Assembly: GCF_024298765.1 (NCBI RefSeq)
Contig: NZ_CP101210.1
Source of the DNA: Escherichia coli
GTDB lineage: Bacteria; Pseudomonadota; Gammaproteobacteria; Enterobacterales; Enterobacteriaceae
Length of the DNA stretch: 64,000 bases
Reading direction: 5' to 3' (one strand)
A program made the position numbers and the translations under genes. This document shows positions 30,961 to 42,578 of the stretch, one piece after another (position 1 is the stretch's first letter; each line of letters begins with the position of its first letter). A model generated the notes under the pieces. That model was not told the origin of the DNA. It ran no database searches and was given only the letters and a program-made list of their open reading frames with translations.

Positions 30961-31856
30961 AAATCCACCCCGTAAATCCAGTCAGTGTTTGTCAGGTCGA
31001 GTTTTGGTTTGCTGGCTGTCACGCCTGCCTGTTGCTTGTTACGGTTGATTTCGAGCTGGGTCCACTTGTCGCGGAGTTTGGCCGGACTCAGCACGTTACC
31101 GGACCAGAAGTTGTCCTGGCAGGCCCAGCGGAAAAGCACACACATATCGCGGTGGTTACGTCCGTCACGTTCACGCATCAGGCGGATATCGTTAGCCCAC
31201 CCAGCAAAATTCGGTTTTCTGGCTGATGGTGCGATAGTCTTCACCATGTCAAACATCCACTCTGCGGCGGTCAGGTCTTCTGCTGTCCCCCACTTGCTGC
31301 CGCTCTGAATTGCAGCATCCGGTTTAACCACAGAAAGATCGTTTTCTGGCTGGTCAGAGGATTCGCCAGAATTCTCTGACGAATAATCTTTTCTTTTTTC
31401 TTTTGTAATAGTGTCTTTTGTGTCCCCCTGTTTTGAGGGATAGCAATCCCCCAATTTGAGGGATGTTTTATCCCTCGTTTTAGGGGATTGTCCCTCGTTT
31501 TGAGGGATACACCATTCTGAGATGTTTTTATTTGGTCCAAACATGCCGCCTTGCTGCTTGATAATATTCATTCTGACGAGTTCTAACTTGGCTTCATTGC
31601 ACCGTTTGACAGGTAACTTTGTAATCTCGCTAAGTTGAGAATCGGTGATTCTGTCCATTGGTTTATTCCACCCATAGGTTTTACGCAGAATGGCAAGCAG
31701 CACTTTAAACTGTCGCTTGGTCAGATCTGCGCCCGAATAAGCCTCAAGCAGCATATTTGATAGTCTGGCGTAACCATCATCGAGATCTGCCACATTACGC
31801 TCCTGTCCGGCAAAGTTACCTCTGCCGAAGTTGAGTATTTTTGCTGTATTTGTCAT
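30957..31856 (-). CDS. O: replication initiator O
   Basis: 299 aa MTNTAKILNFGRGNFAGQERNVADLDDGYARLSNMLLEAY..., lambda O. Confidence 0.95.
   Translation of the reverse strand: MTNTAKILNFGRGNFAGQERNVADLDDGYARLSNMLLEAYSGADLTKRQFKVLLAILRKTYGWNKPMDRITDSQLSEITKLPVKRCNEAKLELVRMNIIKQQGGMFGPNKNISEWCIPQNEGQSPKTRDKTSLKLGDCYPSKQGDTKDTITKEKRKDYSSENSGESSDQPENDLSVVKPDAAIQSGSKWGTAEDLTAAEWMFDMVKTIAPSARKPNFAGWANDIRLMRERDGRNHRDMCVLFRWACQDNFWSGNVLSPAKLRDKWTQLEINRNKQQAGVTASKPKLDLTNTDWIYGVDL
31425..31520 (-). repeat. ori-lambda iterons inside gene O
   Basis: Four ~19-bp repeats tccctcaaaacgaggga / tcccctaaaacgaggga / tccctcaaattggggga variants, followed by an AT-rich tract. Confidence 0.85.
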
Positions 31857-31888
31857 AATGACTCCTGTTGATAGATCCAGTAATGACC

Positions 31889-32182
31889 TCAGAACTCCAT
31901 CTGGATTTGTTCAGAACGCTCGGTTGCCGCCGGGCGTTTTTTATTGGTGAGAATCGCAGCAACTTGTCGCGCCAATCGAGCCATGTCGTCGTCAACGACC
32001 CCCCATTCAAGAACAGCAAGCAGCATTGAGAACTTGGGAATCCAGTCTCTCTTCCACCTGCTGATCTGCGACTTATCAACTCCCACAGCTTCCGCTGTCT
32101 TCTCAGTTCCAAGCATTGCGATTTTGTTAAGCAACGCACTCTCGATTCGTAGTGCCTCGTTGCGTTTGTTTGCACGAACCAT
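31889..32182 (-). CDS. cII: transcriptional activator CII
   Basis: ORF 31889..32242; start MVRANKRNEALRIESALLNKIAMLGTEK... gives 97 aa, lambda CII. Confidence 0.95.
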   Translation of the reverse strand: MVRANKRNEALRIESALLNKIAMLGTEKTAEAVGVDKSQISRWKRDWIPKFSMLLAVLEWGVVDDDMARLARQVAAILTNKKRPAATERSEQIQMEF

Positions 32183-32257
32183 ATGTAAGTATTTCCTTAG
32201 ATAACAATTGATTGAATGTATGCAAATAAATGCATACACCATAGGTGTGGTTTAATT

Positions 32258-32275
32258 GGATGCCCTTTTTCAGGG
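32258..32275 (-). promoter_or_regulatory. nutR boxB hairpin
   Basis: Minus strand gccctgaaaaagggc between cro and cII. Confidence 0.7.
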
Positions 32276-32300
32276 CGGGGATGGGTAAGAGCGGGGTTAT

Positions 32301-33315
<1,015 letters not shown>

Positions 33316-33442
33316 TAGGAAGTAAGTTTTATGTTGACGGCACAGTCAACTTGGCATAGATTAATTAAACCAAGCCCAGCCCCGTTCGCAGACAATTGTT
33401 AATATCTGCATAACGGCTCTGGGCTATTTTTTTGGGACTCTT

Positions 33443-34300
33443 ATGAAGAAAGCAGCAATTTTAATTGATGCGGGTTTTTTCATGCAGCGTGTTCATGCTA
33501 CGCATCGTAAACACTTCGCCGAGCATGAACTGACTGCGCAATGCATAATGAAAGTAATATGGTCAATGGTTCTTTCCCATCTTAATGGAAAACGTCAATC
33601 ACAAGAACGTAGGGAACCGCTTGAGCTTTATAGAATTTACTTCTATGACTGTCCACCACTCGACATTCAAACACGCCTTCCACTTCCTGAGCCTGGCAAT
33701 AAGACGCCTGGTCGCAAGAATTTCAAACTCGAAAAATCATATATTCTGAGAACGGAGCTGCATGAAGAGTTAAGAAAAACTCGAAAAACAGCCTTAAGAT
33801 TAGGGAATCTTGTTGATAATAAGCGATGGCAACTAACTACATTCTCCCTTGATGCTCTGATGAAAGGAACGAAAAAATGGGATGAACTGACAAATGATGA
33901 TTTTTACTATGACATCAAACAAAAACAAGTTGATATCAAGCTAGGGATGGATATCACGACTTTAGCTTATGAAAAACTTGTTGATGTAATTGTCCTTGTT
34001 GCTGGGGACTCAGACTTTGTGCCTGCCGCCAAACACGCCAGAATTAAAGGTATTGATTTTATTCTTGATCCACTAAGACAGAATGTTACCCCATCACTGT
34101 CAGAGCACATTGATGGAGTTCAGTCATACAGCTTGATATCAGGACTTGCCGATGCTTTACATGTTGAGCCAGACCCGGCACCTGACTGGTGGGAAGATCG
34201 AAAAAAAGGCAAGCCTAGGGGAAAAAACAATAGCGGTAAACGCAGGTATGGAAACACTCAAGCTGAGTCTGCAAAGAAACATCAAAGAAATAAACGATAA
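33443..34300 (+). CDS. NYN-domain (LabA-like, PIN-like) putative nuclease occupying the rexA-rexB position
   Basis: 285 aa; MKKAAILIDAGFF... and VIVLVAGDSDFVPA motifs typical of NYN domains; basic C-terminal tail; downstream of cI on the same strand; not similar to RexA or RexB. Confidence 0.6.
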   Translation: MKKAAILIDAGFFMQRVHATHRKHFAEHELTAQCIMKVIWSMVLSHLNGKRQSQERREPLELYRIYFYDCPPLDIQTRLPLPEPGNKTPGRKNFKLEKSYILRTELHEELRKTRKTALRLGNLVDNKRWQLTTFSLDALMKGTKKWDELTNDDFYYDIKQKQVDIKLGMDITTLAYEKLVDVIVLVAGDSDFVPAAKHARIKGIDFILDPLRQNVTPSLSEHIDGVQSYSLISGLADALHVEPDPAPDWWEDRKKGKPRGKNNSGKRRYGNTQAESAKKHQRNKR

Positions 34301-34308
34301 TCCCATCA

Positions 34309-34336
34309 ACCCGGCCACCGAGCCGGGTTTTCTTTG
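34309..34336 (+). terminator. rho-independent terminator after the cI-NYN operon
   Basis: cccggccaccgagccgggttttctttg. Confidence 0.6.
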
Positions 34337-34479
34337 CCTCACGATCGCCCCACCTAAAAACACATAACCAATTGTATTTATTTTAAAATTAATAGGTGCA
34401 ACTCACTAAACAACGCAATTCTGATCTCTCGATCACCTCCCAAGCCACACAACCCTGCAAAAAATAAATCTATATAAAA

Positions 34480-34560
34480 AACATACAGATAACCATCTGC
34501 GGTGATAAATTATCTCTGGCGGTGTTGACACAAATACCACTAGCGGTGATACTAAACACA
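34480..34560 (+). promoter_or_regulatory. oL operators and pL promoter
   Basis: catctgcggtgataaa, tatctctggcggtgttgaca, taccactagcggtgatact arranged as in lambda pL. Confidence 0.8.
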
Positions 34561-34606
34561 CCAGCAGGACGCACTAACCCACATGAAGGTGATGCTCTTA
34601 AAAATT

Positions 34607-34623
34607 AAGCCCTGAAGAAGGGC
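34607..34623 (+). promoter_or_regulatory. nutL boxB hairpin
   Basis: gccctgaagaagggc upstream of N. Confidence 0.75.
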
Positions 34624-34781
34624 AGCATTCAAAGCAGAAGGCTTTGGGGTGTGTGATACGAAACGAAACATTGGCCGGAAGTGCGAATCCGGATTAGCTG
34701 CAAATGAGCCAATCGTGGGGTGTTTTCGTTCAGGACTACGACTCCCACACACCACCAAAGCTAACTGACAAGAGAATCCAG

Positions 34782-35679
<898 letters not shown>

Positions 35680-35848
35680 TTAAAAGACAGGCATACTAAT
35701 AAACACTGCACTGTGTATTTATTCCAACGAGTGAATACACGGAGCAATGTCGCTCGTAACTAAACAGGAGCCGACTTGTTCTGATTATTGGAAATCTTCT
35801 TTGCCCTCCAGTGTGAGGGCGATTTTTTATCTATGAGGATATGAATAG

Positions 35849-36217
35849 GTGTCAAACATCAAAAAATACATCATTGATTACGACTGGAAAGCATCAATAG
35901 AAATTGAAATCGACCATGACGTAATGACAGAGGAAAAACTTCACCAGATTAATAATTTCTGGTCAGACTCTGAATACCGACTCAATAAACACGGCTCTGT
36001 ATTAAATGCTGTATTAATCATGCTGGCGCAACATGCTCTGCTTATAGCAATTTCAAGCGACTTAAATGCATATGGTGTTGTGTGTGAGTTCGACTGGAAT
36101 GATGGAAATGGTCAGGAAGGATGGCCTCCAATGGATGGTAGCGAAGGAATAAGAATTACCGATATCGATACATCAGGAATATTTGATTCAGATGATATGG
36201 CTATCAAGGCCGCCTGA
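35849..36217 (+). CDS. ea10: Ea10-like early protein
   Basis: 122 aa, GTG start with GAGGA RBS; position between N and cIII as lambda ea10. Confidence 0.6.
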   Translation: MSNIKKYIIDYDWKASIEIEIDHDVMTEEKLHQINNFWSDSEYRLNKHGSVLNAVLIMLAQHALLIAISSDLNAYGVVCEFDWNDGNGQEGWPPMDGSEGIRITDIDTSGIFDSDDMAIKAA

Positions 36218-36289
36218 GTGCGGCTTTACCGCATACCAATAACGCTTCACTCGAGGCGTTTTTCGTTATGTATAAATAAGGAGCACACC

Positions 36290-36430
36290 ATGCAATATGC
36301 CATTGCAGGGTGGCCTGTTGCTGGCTGCCCTTCCGAATCTTTACTTGAACGAATCACCCGTAAATTACGTGACGGATGGAAACGCCTTATCGACATACTT
36401 AATCAGCCAGGAGTACCCAAAAATGGATAA
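36290..36430 (+). CDS. cIII: CIII (FtsH inhibitor), apparently 8 codons shorter than lambda CIII
   Basis: [46 protein letters not shown] then stop, inside ORF 36218..36430. Confidence 0.8.
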   Translation: MQYAIAGWPVAGCPSESLLERITRKLRDGWKRLIDILNQPGVPKNG

Positions 36431-36566
36431 AAAACTTATGGCTATCCAGACAAAATTCACTATTGCCACTTTTATTGGCGATGAAAAGATGTTTCGTGAG
36501 GCCGTCGACGCTTATAAAAAATGGATATTAATACTGAAACTGAGATCAAGCAAAAGCATTCACTAA
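36423..36566 (+). CDS. kil: Kil
   Basis: [47 protein letters not shown], lambda Kil with two substitutions near the N-terminus. Confidence 0.8.
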   Translation: MDKKLMAIQTKFTIATFIGDEKMFREAVDAYKKWILILKLRSSKSIH

Positions 36567-36937
36567 CCCCCTTTCCTGTTTTCCTAATCAGCCCGGCATT
36601 TCGCGGGCGATATTTTCACAGCTATTTCAGGAGTTCGGCCATGAACGCTTATTACATTCAGGATCGTCTTGAGGCTCAGAGCTGGGCGCGTCACTACCAG
36701 CAGATAGCCCGTGAAGAGAAAGAGGCAGAACTGGCAGACGACATGGAAAAAGGCCTGCCCCAGCACCTGTTTGAATCGCTATGCATCGATCATTTGCAAC
36801 GCCACGGGGCCAGCAAAAAAGCCATTACCCGTGCGTTTGATGACGATGTTGAGTTTCAGGAGCGCATGGCAGAACACATCCGGTACATGGTTGAAACCAT
36901 TGCTCACCATCAGGTTGATATTGATTCAGAGGTATAA
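36521..36937 (+). CDS. gam: Gam (RecBCD inhibitor)
   Basis: 138 aa [55 protein letters not shown]..., lambda Gam. Confidence 0.95.
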   Translation: MDINTETEIKQKHSLTPFPVFLISPAFRGRYFHSYFRSSAMNAYYIQDRLEAQSWARHYQQIAREEKEAELADDMEKGLPQHLFESLCIDHLQRHGASKKAITRAFDDDVEFQERMAEHIRYMVETIAHHQVDIDSEV

Positions 36938-36942
36938 AACGG

Positions 36943-37728
36943 ATGAGTACAGCACTCGCAACGCTGGCAGGGAAGCTGGCTGAACGTGTCGGCATGGATT
37001 CTGTCGACCCACAGGAACTGATCACCACTCTTCGCCAGACGGCATTTAAAGGCGATGCCAGCGATGCGCAGTTCATCGCATTGTTGATCGTCGCCAACCA
37101 GTACGGCCTTAATCCGTGGACGAAAGAAATTTACGCCTTCCCTGACAAGCAGAACGGCATCGTTCCGGTGGTGGGCGTTGATGGCTGGTCCCGTATCATC
37201 AATGAAAACCAGCAGTTTGATGGCATGGACTTTGAGCAGGACAATGAATCATGTACATGCCGGATTTACCGCAAGGACCGTAATCATCCGATCTGCGTTA
37301 CCGAGTGGATGGATGAATGCCGCCGCGAACCATTCAAAACCCGCGAAGGCAGAGAAATCACCGGACCGTGGCAGTCGCATCCCAAACGGATGTTACGGCA
37401 TAAAGCCATGATTCAGTGTGCCCGTCTGGCCTTCGGATTTGCTGGTATCTATGACAAGGATGAAGCCGAGCGCATTGTCGAAAATACCGCATACACTGCA
37501 GAACGTCCGCCGGAACGCGACATCACTCCGGTTAACGATGAAACCATGCAGGAGATTAACACTATGCTGATTGCCCTGGACAAAACATGGGATGACGACT
37601 TATTGCCGCTCTGTTCCCAGATATTTCGCCGCGACATTCGCGCATCGTCAGAACTGACACAGGCCGAAGCAATGAAAGCTCTTGGATTCCTGAAACAGAA
37701 AGCCTCTGAACAGAAGGTGGCTGCATGA
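36943..37728 (+). CDS. bet: Bet (Red-beta single-strand annealing protein)
   Basis: 261 aa [38 protein letters not shown]..., lambda Bet. Confidence 0.95.
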   Translation: MSTALATLAGKLAERVGMDSVDPQELITTLRQTAFKGDASDAQFIALLIVANQYGLNPWTKEIYAFPDKQNGIVPVVGVDGWSRIINENQQFDGMDFEQDNESCTCRIYRKDRNHPICVTEWMDECRREPFKTREGREITGPWQSHPKRMLRHKAMIQCARLAFGFAGIYDKDEAERIVENTAYTAERPPERDITPVNDETMQEINTMLIALDKTWDDDLLPLCSQIFRRDIRASSELTQAEAMKALGFLKQKASEQKVAA

Positions 37729-38405
37729 CACCGGACATTATCCTGCAGCGTACCGGGATCGACGTGAGAGCTGTCGAACAGGGGGATGATGCATGGCACA
37801 AATTACGGCTCGGCGTCATCACCGCTTCAGAAGTTCACAACGTGATAGCAAAGCCCCGCTCAGGAAAGAAGTGGCCTGACATGAAAATGTCCTACTTCCA
37901 CACCCTGCTGGCTGAGGTTTGCACCGGTGTGGCTCCGGAAGTTAACGCTAAGGCGCTGGCCTGGGGAAAACAGTACGAGAACGACGCCAGAACCCTCTTT
38001 GAGTTCACTTCCGGCGTTAATGTTACTGAATCCCCGATCATCTATCGCGACGAAAGTATGCGCACCGCCTGCTCTCCCGATGGTTTATGCAGTGACGGCA
38101 ACGGCCTTGAACTGAAATGCCCGTTTACCTCCCGGGATTTCATGAAGTTCCGGCTCGGTGGTTTCGAGGCCATAAAATCGGCTTACATGGCCCAGGTGCA
38201 GTACAGCATGTGGGTGACGCGAAAAGATGCCTGGTACTTTGCCAACTATGACCCACGAATGAAGCGTGAAGGCCTGCATTATGTCGTGGTTGAGCGGGAT
38301 GAAAATTACATGGCGAGTTTTGACGAGATGGTGCCGGAGTTCATCGAAAAAATGGACGAGGCACTGGCTGAAATTGGTTTTGTATTTGGGGAGCAATGGC
38401 GATGA
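37725..38405 (+). CDS. exo: Exo (lambda exonuclease)
   Basis: 226 aa [40 protein letters not shown]..., lambda Exo. Confidence 0.95.
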   Translation: MTPDIILQRTGIDVRAVEQGDDAWHKLRLGVITASEVHNVIAKPRSGKKWPDMKMSYFHTLLAEVCTGVAPEVNAKALAWGKQYENDARTLFEFTSGVNVTESPIIYRDESMRTACSPDGLCSDGNGLELKCPFTSRDFMKFRLGGFEAIKSAYMAQVQYSMWVTRKDAWYFANYDPRMKREGLHYVVVERDENYMASFDEMVPEFIEKMDEALAEIGFVFGEQWR

Positions 38406-38584
38406 CGCATCCTCACGATAATATCCGGGTAGGCGCGATCACTTTCGTCTACTCCATTACAAAGCGAGGCTGGGTATTTCCCGGCCTTTCTGTTATCAGA
38501 AATCCCCTGAAAGCACAGCGGCTGGCTGAGGAGATAAATAATAAACGGGGAGCTGTATGCACAAAGCATCTCCCGTTGAGTTAA
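38396..38584 (+). CDS. orf60a-like hypothetical protein
   Basis: [54 protein letters not shown]... Confidence 0.7.
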   Translation: MAMTHPHDNIRVGAITFVYSITKRGWVFPGLSVIRNPLKAQRLAEEINNKRGAVCTKHLPLS

Positions 38585-38748
38585 GAACGAGTATCGAGAT
38601 GGCACATAGCCTCGCTCAAATTGGAGTCAGGTTTGTGCCAATACCAGTAGAAACAGACGAAGAATTTCATACGTTAGCCGCATCCCTTTCACAAAAGCTG
38701 GAAATGATGGTGGCGAAAGCAGAAGCAGATGAGAGAGACCAGGTATGA
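38557..38748 (+). CDS. orf63-like hypothetical protein
   Basis: 63-aa ORF in the pL operon. Confidence 0.6.
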   Translation: MHKASPVELRTSIEMAHSLAQIGVRFVPIPVETDEEFHTLAASLSQKLEMMVAKAEADERDQV

Positions 38749-38824
38749 CAACCACTGAATGCATTTTTCTGGCAGCGGGCTTCATATTCTGTGTGCTTAT
38801 GCTTGCCGACATGGGGCTTGTTCA

Positions 38825-39040
38825 ATGACACCTCAGCAAGAAAACGCCCTTCGCAGCATTGCCCGTCAGGCTAATTCTGAAATCAAAAAAGCCAGACAGC
38901 AGTTTCCGGATAAAAACGTCGATGACATTTGCCGTAGCGTACTAAAGAAGCACCGCGAAACGGTAACGCTGATGGGATTCACACCGACTCATTTAAGCCT
39001 GGCGATCGGCATGTTGAACGGCGTCTTTAAGGAACGGTGA
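38825..39040 (+). CDS. orf61-like hypothetical protein
   Basis: ORF 38759..39040; internal start MTPQQENALRSIARQANSEIKKARQQ... Confidence 0.6.
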   Translation: MTPQQENALRSIARQANSEIKKARQQFPDKNVDDICRSVLKKHRETVTLMGFTPTHLSLAIGMLNGVFKER

Positions 39041-39138
39041 ACATGAAAAGCAAAATCATCAGGGAGCTACAGGCTCCTTTTTTATTATTCGCATTCACCC
39101 TCAAGCGTATTAACCAACAATTCAGGGATTAATGAAAG

Positions 39139-39360
39139 ATGGCAGACATCATTGATTCAGCATCAGAAATTGAAGAATTACAGCGCAACACAGCAATAAA
39201 AATGCGCCGCCTGAACCACCAGGCTATATCTGCCACTCATTGTTGTGAGTGTGGCGATCCGATAGATGAACGAAGACGCTTGGCCGTTCAGGGTTGTCGG
39301 ACTTGTGCAAGTTGCCAGGAGGATCTGGAACTTATCAGTAAACAGAGAGGTTCGAAGTGA
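39139..39360 (+). CDS. DksA/TraR-family C4 zinc-finger protein
   Basis: 73 aa with CCECGDPIDERRRLAVQGCRTCASC motif. Confidence 0.7.
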   Translation: MADIIDSASEIEELQRNTAIKMRRLNHQAISATHCCECGDPIDERRRLAVQGCRTCASCQEDLELISKQRGSK

Positions 39361-39905
39361 GCGAAATTAACTCTCAGGCACTGCGTGAGGCGGCAGTAGC
39401 AATTGAAACAGTAGCAACACCTCAAAAATTGCTGGCATTTCGTATGAAAGTCACACCTCAGGTTGTGCTGGCTCTACTGGATGAACGAGATGCATTAAAT
39501 GAACGCCTAGCCGAACTGGAGGCTGATTTAGCAGGGCTGGCCGAAGACCACCAGAAAGCGACTGAGTCAATTAAGCAGGCTGATGCAGCTGTTAAGTTGG
39601 CACACGAGAAGTTTTCGGCGCTGGCGGCGGAGAATGAGCTGGCTCGTAAAGCAGTTCAGGAATTCTGCGATGTTGTTGGCGACAGCACCGAGGTTATCTG
39701 CGAGGAGATTGGGAGAGATGGTGTTCTGGTTATTTTGGAGGCCATGAAGGCAACAGGAAATATGCCAGCCACCGATGCTTTCCTGGCTGAAGTACGGGCG
39801 CAGGGGGTGGAGATGATGCGCGAACATCCATCAATCAAACTTTGCTCTTTGACGCACATATGTGATGAGTTAGCCGCCCAGCTTCGCAAAGGAGGCAACC
39901 AGTGA
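39357..39905 (+). CDS. Ea22-like coiled-coil protein
   Basis: 182 aa, GTG start, N-terminus MSEINSQALREAA... as in Ea22-family proteins. Confidence 0.55.
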   Translation: MSEINSQALREAAVAIETVATPQKLLAFRMKVTPQVVLALLDERDALNERLAELEADLAGLAEDHQKATESIKQADAAVKLAHEKFSALAAENELARKAVQEFCDVVGDSTEVICEEIGRDGVLVILEAMKATGNMPATDAFLAEVRAQGVEMMREHPSIKLCSLTHICDELAAQLRKGGNQ

Positions 39906-40035
39906 CTGGACATGCAGCAATCCTCGACATGTGCTGTGGCAGTCGCATGTTCTGGTTAGATAAGAATGACGAACGGGCGAGATAAGCGATCGGTTAAGTG
40001 CTATAGTAATGCGCTTTTGTATTTATGGAGTGAAT

Positions 40036-40734
40036 ATGAAAAATATCCTACTGGCATCATTGTTAGTGGCATCGCCGGGTGCATTTGCAGCCAGCTTTGA
40101 CTGCCAAAAGGCTTCGACAGCAATCGAACATAAAATCTGCGATAACGAACGTCTGTCAAAATTAGACGAACAGCTTAGCTCTGCCTATTCTAGTGCCCTC
40201 AAAGGAAACCCAGAGAACGCAGACACCCTAAAAATGGTTCAACGTCAGTGGGTAAATATGCGTGGAAAACTCACTGATAATAAGGCTCTGGAGCTGGCTT
40301 ATCTTATCCAAATTAATGGCCTCAAAGGTTTGGGGAGTTCAGTCAGCGTAACAGCGGCCAATGACATACCCACGTCGGCGCAGAAACATTCTAAAGAGCA
40401 GGAAGATACAAGTAAGGCAGAAGCTAAGTCGGTCAAGAACGGCAATAAGCTAACCTTAGAGTCATTCCGAGCTAAATATGTAGAAGTAGATGGTGAGTAT
40501 TACAGCACGACATCCATTCCTAGAGGCAGTTCGTTCTTGTTCACTTGCGCTAGTCGTATTGCTGATGACCAAGTGAATATTTGGAAGAAACAGGCAGCCA
40601 AAGAGGGCAAAATCGACCTATTCTTTGAGGTTGAGAATCACTTACACACGGCTATGTTGAACGCCAATTTTCAGAAGTTGAATTCAGACCCTGCCAAAAG
40701 AGGTATTTGTAATCTGATTAACGCAGTGCCGTAA
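40036..40734 (+). CDS. secreted DUF1311 (LprI-like) domain protein, moron
   Basis: ORF 40009..40734; start MKNILLASLLVASPGAFA signal peptide; FDCQKASTAIEHKICDNERLSKLDEQLSSAY...QRQWVNMR fits the DUF1311 pattern; AT-rich. Confidence 0.6.
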   Translation: MKNILLASLLVASPGAFAASFDCQKASTAIEHKICDNERLSKLDEQLSSAYSSALKGNPENADTLKMVQRQWVNMRGKLTDNKALELAYLIQINGLKGLGSSVSVTAANDIPTSAQKHSKEQEDTSKAEAKSVKNGNKLTLESFRAKYVEVDGEYYSTTSIPRGSSFLFTCASRIADDQVNIWKKQAAKEGKIDLFFEVENHLHTAMLNANFQKLNSDPAKRGICNLINAVP

Positions 40735-40970
40735 GTAAATTTAGGGCCACAGTTGTGGCCTTAAATATTTTTTTCAGCCTTTTCTTATTTGTAATAAGCA
40801 GTACTTGGTAGTGCTTATAAAACAGAATAAAAAATATATGACTTTGGCGATTACCCAGTAAAGATATTCGAAATAAATGTAAATATCGACAATGAATAAC
40901 TATCCTCGCACTCGCGGGGATTTCTTTTATCTGAACTCGCTACGGCGAGTTTTTTTTATGGAGATGATAA

Positions 40971-41138
40971 ATGCACTTCCGAGTCACAGGTGAATGGAAT
41001 GGAGAACCATTCAACAGAGTTATCGAAGCCGAGAACATCAGCGACTGCTATGACCACTGGATGCTGTGGGCGCAGATAGCACATGCAGACGTAACCAATA
41101 TTCGAATTGAAGAACTGAAAGAACACCAAGCCGCCTGA
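40971..41138 (+). CDS. small hypothetical protein (55 aa) upstream of xis
   Basis: Hand-translated MHFRVTGEWNGEPFNRVIEAENISDCYDHWMLWAQIAHADVTNIRIEELKEHQAA; followed by hairpin gccgcc-tgatg-gcggttttttc; below the ORF-track size cutoff. Confidence 0.5.
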   Translation: MHFRVTGEWNGEPFNRVIEAENISDCYDHWMLWAQIAHADVTNIRIEELKEHQAA

Positions 41139-41177
41139 TGGCGGTTTTTTCTTGCGTGTAATTGCGGAGACTTTGCG

Positions 41178-41396
41178 ATGTACTTGACACTTCAGGAGTG
41201 GAACGCACGCCAGCGACGCCCAAGAAGCCTTGAAACAGTTCGTCGATGGGTACGCGAGTGCAGGATATTCCCTCCTCCGGTTAAGGATGGAAGAGAGTAT
41301 CTGTTCCACGAATCAGCGGTAAAGGTTGACTTAAATCGACCAGTAACAGGTAGCCTTTTGAAGAGGATCAGAAATGGGAAGAAGGCGAAGTCATGA
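41178..41396 (+). CDS. xis: excisionase Xis
   Basis: 72 aa MYLTLQEWNARQRRPRSLETVRRWVRECRIFPPPVKDGREYLFHESAVKVDLNRP..., lambda Xis. Confidence 0.95.
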   Translation: MYLTLQEWNARQRRPRSLETVRRWVRECRIFPPPVKDGREYLFHESAVKVDLNRPVTGSLLKRIRNGKKAKS

Positions 41397-42444
41397 GCGC
41401 CGGGATTTACCCCCTAACCTTTATATAAGAAACAATGGATATTACTGCTACAGGGACCCAAGGACGGGTAAAGAGTTTGGATTAGGCCGAGACAGGCGAA
41501 TCGCAATCACTGAAGCTATACAGGCCAACATTGAGTTATTTTCAGGACACAAACACAAGCCTCTGACAGCGAGAATCAACAGTGATAATTCCGTTACGTT
41601 ACATTCATGGCTTGATCGCTACGAAAAAATCCTGGCCAGCAGAGGAATCAAGCAGAAGACACTCATAAATTACATGAGCAAAATTAAAGCAATAAGGAGG
41701 GGTCTGCCTGATGCTCCACTTGAAGACATCACCACAAAAGAAATTGCGGCAATGCTCAATGGATACATAGACGAGGGCAAGGCGGCATCAGCCAAGTTAA
41801 TCAGATCAACACTGAGCGATGCATTCCGAGAGGCTATAGCTGAAGGCCATATAACAACAAACCCGGTCGCAGCCACTCGCGCTGCAAAATCAGAGGTAAG
41901 GAGATCAAGACTTACGGCTGACGAATACCTGAAAATTTATCAAGCAGCAGAATCATCACCATGTTGGCTTAGACTTGCAATGGAACTGGCTGTTGTTACC
42001 GGGCAGCGAGTTGGTGATTTATGCGAAATGAAGTGGTCTGATATCGTAGATGGATATCTTTATGTCGAGCAAAGCAAAACAGGCGTAAAAATTGCCATCC
42101 CAACAACATTGCATGTTGATGCTCTCGGGATATCAATGAAGGAAACACTTGATAAATGCAAAAAGATTCTTGGCGGAGAAACCATAATTGCATCTACTCG
42201 TCGTGAACCGCTTTCATCCGGCACAGTATCAAGGTATTTTATGCGCGCACGAAAAGCATCAGGTCTTTCCTTCGAAGGGGATCCGCCTACCTTTCACGAG
42301 TTGCGCAGTTTGTCTGCAAGACTCTATGAGAAGCAGATAAGCGATAAGTTTGCTCAACATCTTCTCGGGCATAAGTCGGACACCATGGCATCACAGTATC
42401 GTGATGACAGAGGCAGGGAGTGGGACAAAATTGAAATCAAATAA
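41374..42444 (+). CDS. int: integrase Int (lambda)
   Basis: 356 aa MGRRRSHERRDLPPNLYIRNNGYYCYRDPRTGKEFGLGRDRRIAITEAIQANIELF..., lambda Int. Confidence 0.95.
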   Translation: MGRRRSHERRDLPPNLYIRNNGYYCYRDPRTGKEFGLGRDRRIAITEAIQANIELFSGHKHKPLTARINSDNSVTLHSWLDRYEKILASRGIKQKTLINYMSKIKAIRRGLPDAPLEDITTKEIAAMLNGYIDEGKAASAKLIRSTLSDAFREAIAEGHITTNPVAATRAAKSEVRRSRLTADEYLKIYQAAESSPCWLRLAMELAVVTGQRVGDLCEMKWSDIVDGYLYVEQSKTGVKIAIPTTLHVDALGISMKETLDKCKKILGGETIIASTRREPLSSGTVSRYFMRARKASGLSFEGDPPTFHELRSLSARLYEKQISDKFAQHLLGHKSDTMASQYRDDRGREWDKIEIK

Positions 42445-42449
42445 TGATT

Positions 42450-42532
42450 TTATTTTGACTGATAGTGACCTGTTCGTTGCAACAAATTGATAAGCAATGC
42501 TTTTTTATAATGCCAACTTAGTATAAAAAAGC
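42450..42532. other. prophage attachment site (int-proximal arm plus 15-bp core; core at about 42518..42532)
   Basis: caaataatgattttattttgactgatagtgacctgttcgttgcaacaaattgataagcaatgcttttttataatgccaacttagtataaaaaagc is the reverse complement of the lambda attP arm and core GCTTTTTTATACTAA; host DNA follows. Confidence 0.85.
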
Positions 42533-42578
42533 AGGCTTCAACGGATTCATTTTTCTATTTCATAGCCCGGAGCAACCT

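Noticed and set aside
40956-41309. 117-aa minus-strand ORF upstream of int
   Set aside because: Antisense to xis and the small 55-aa ORF, both of which match the expected lambda layout.
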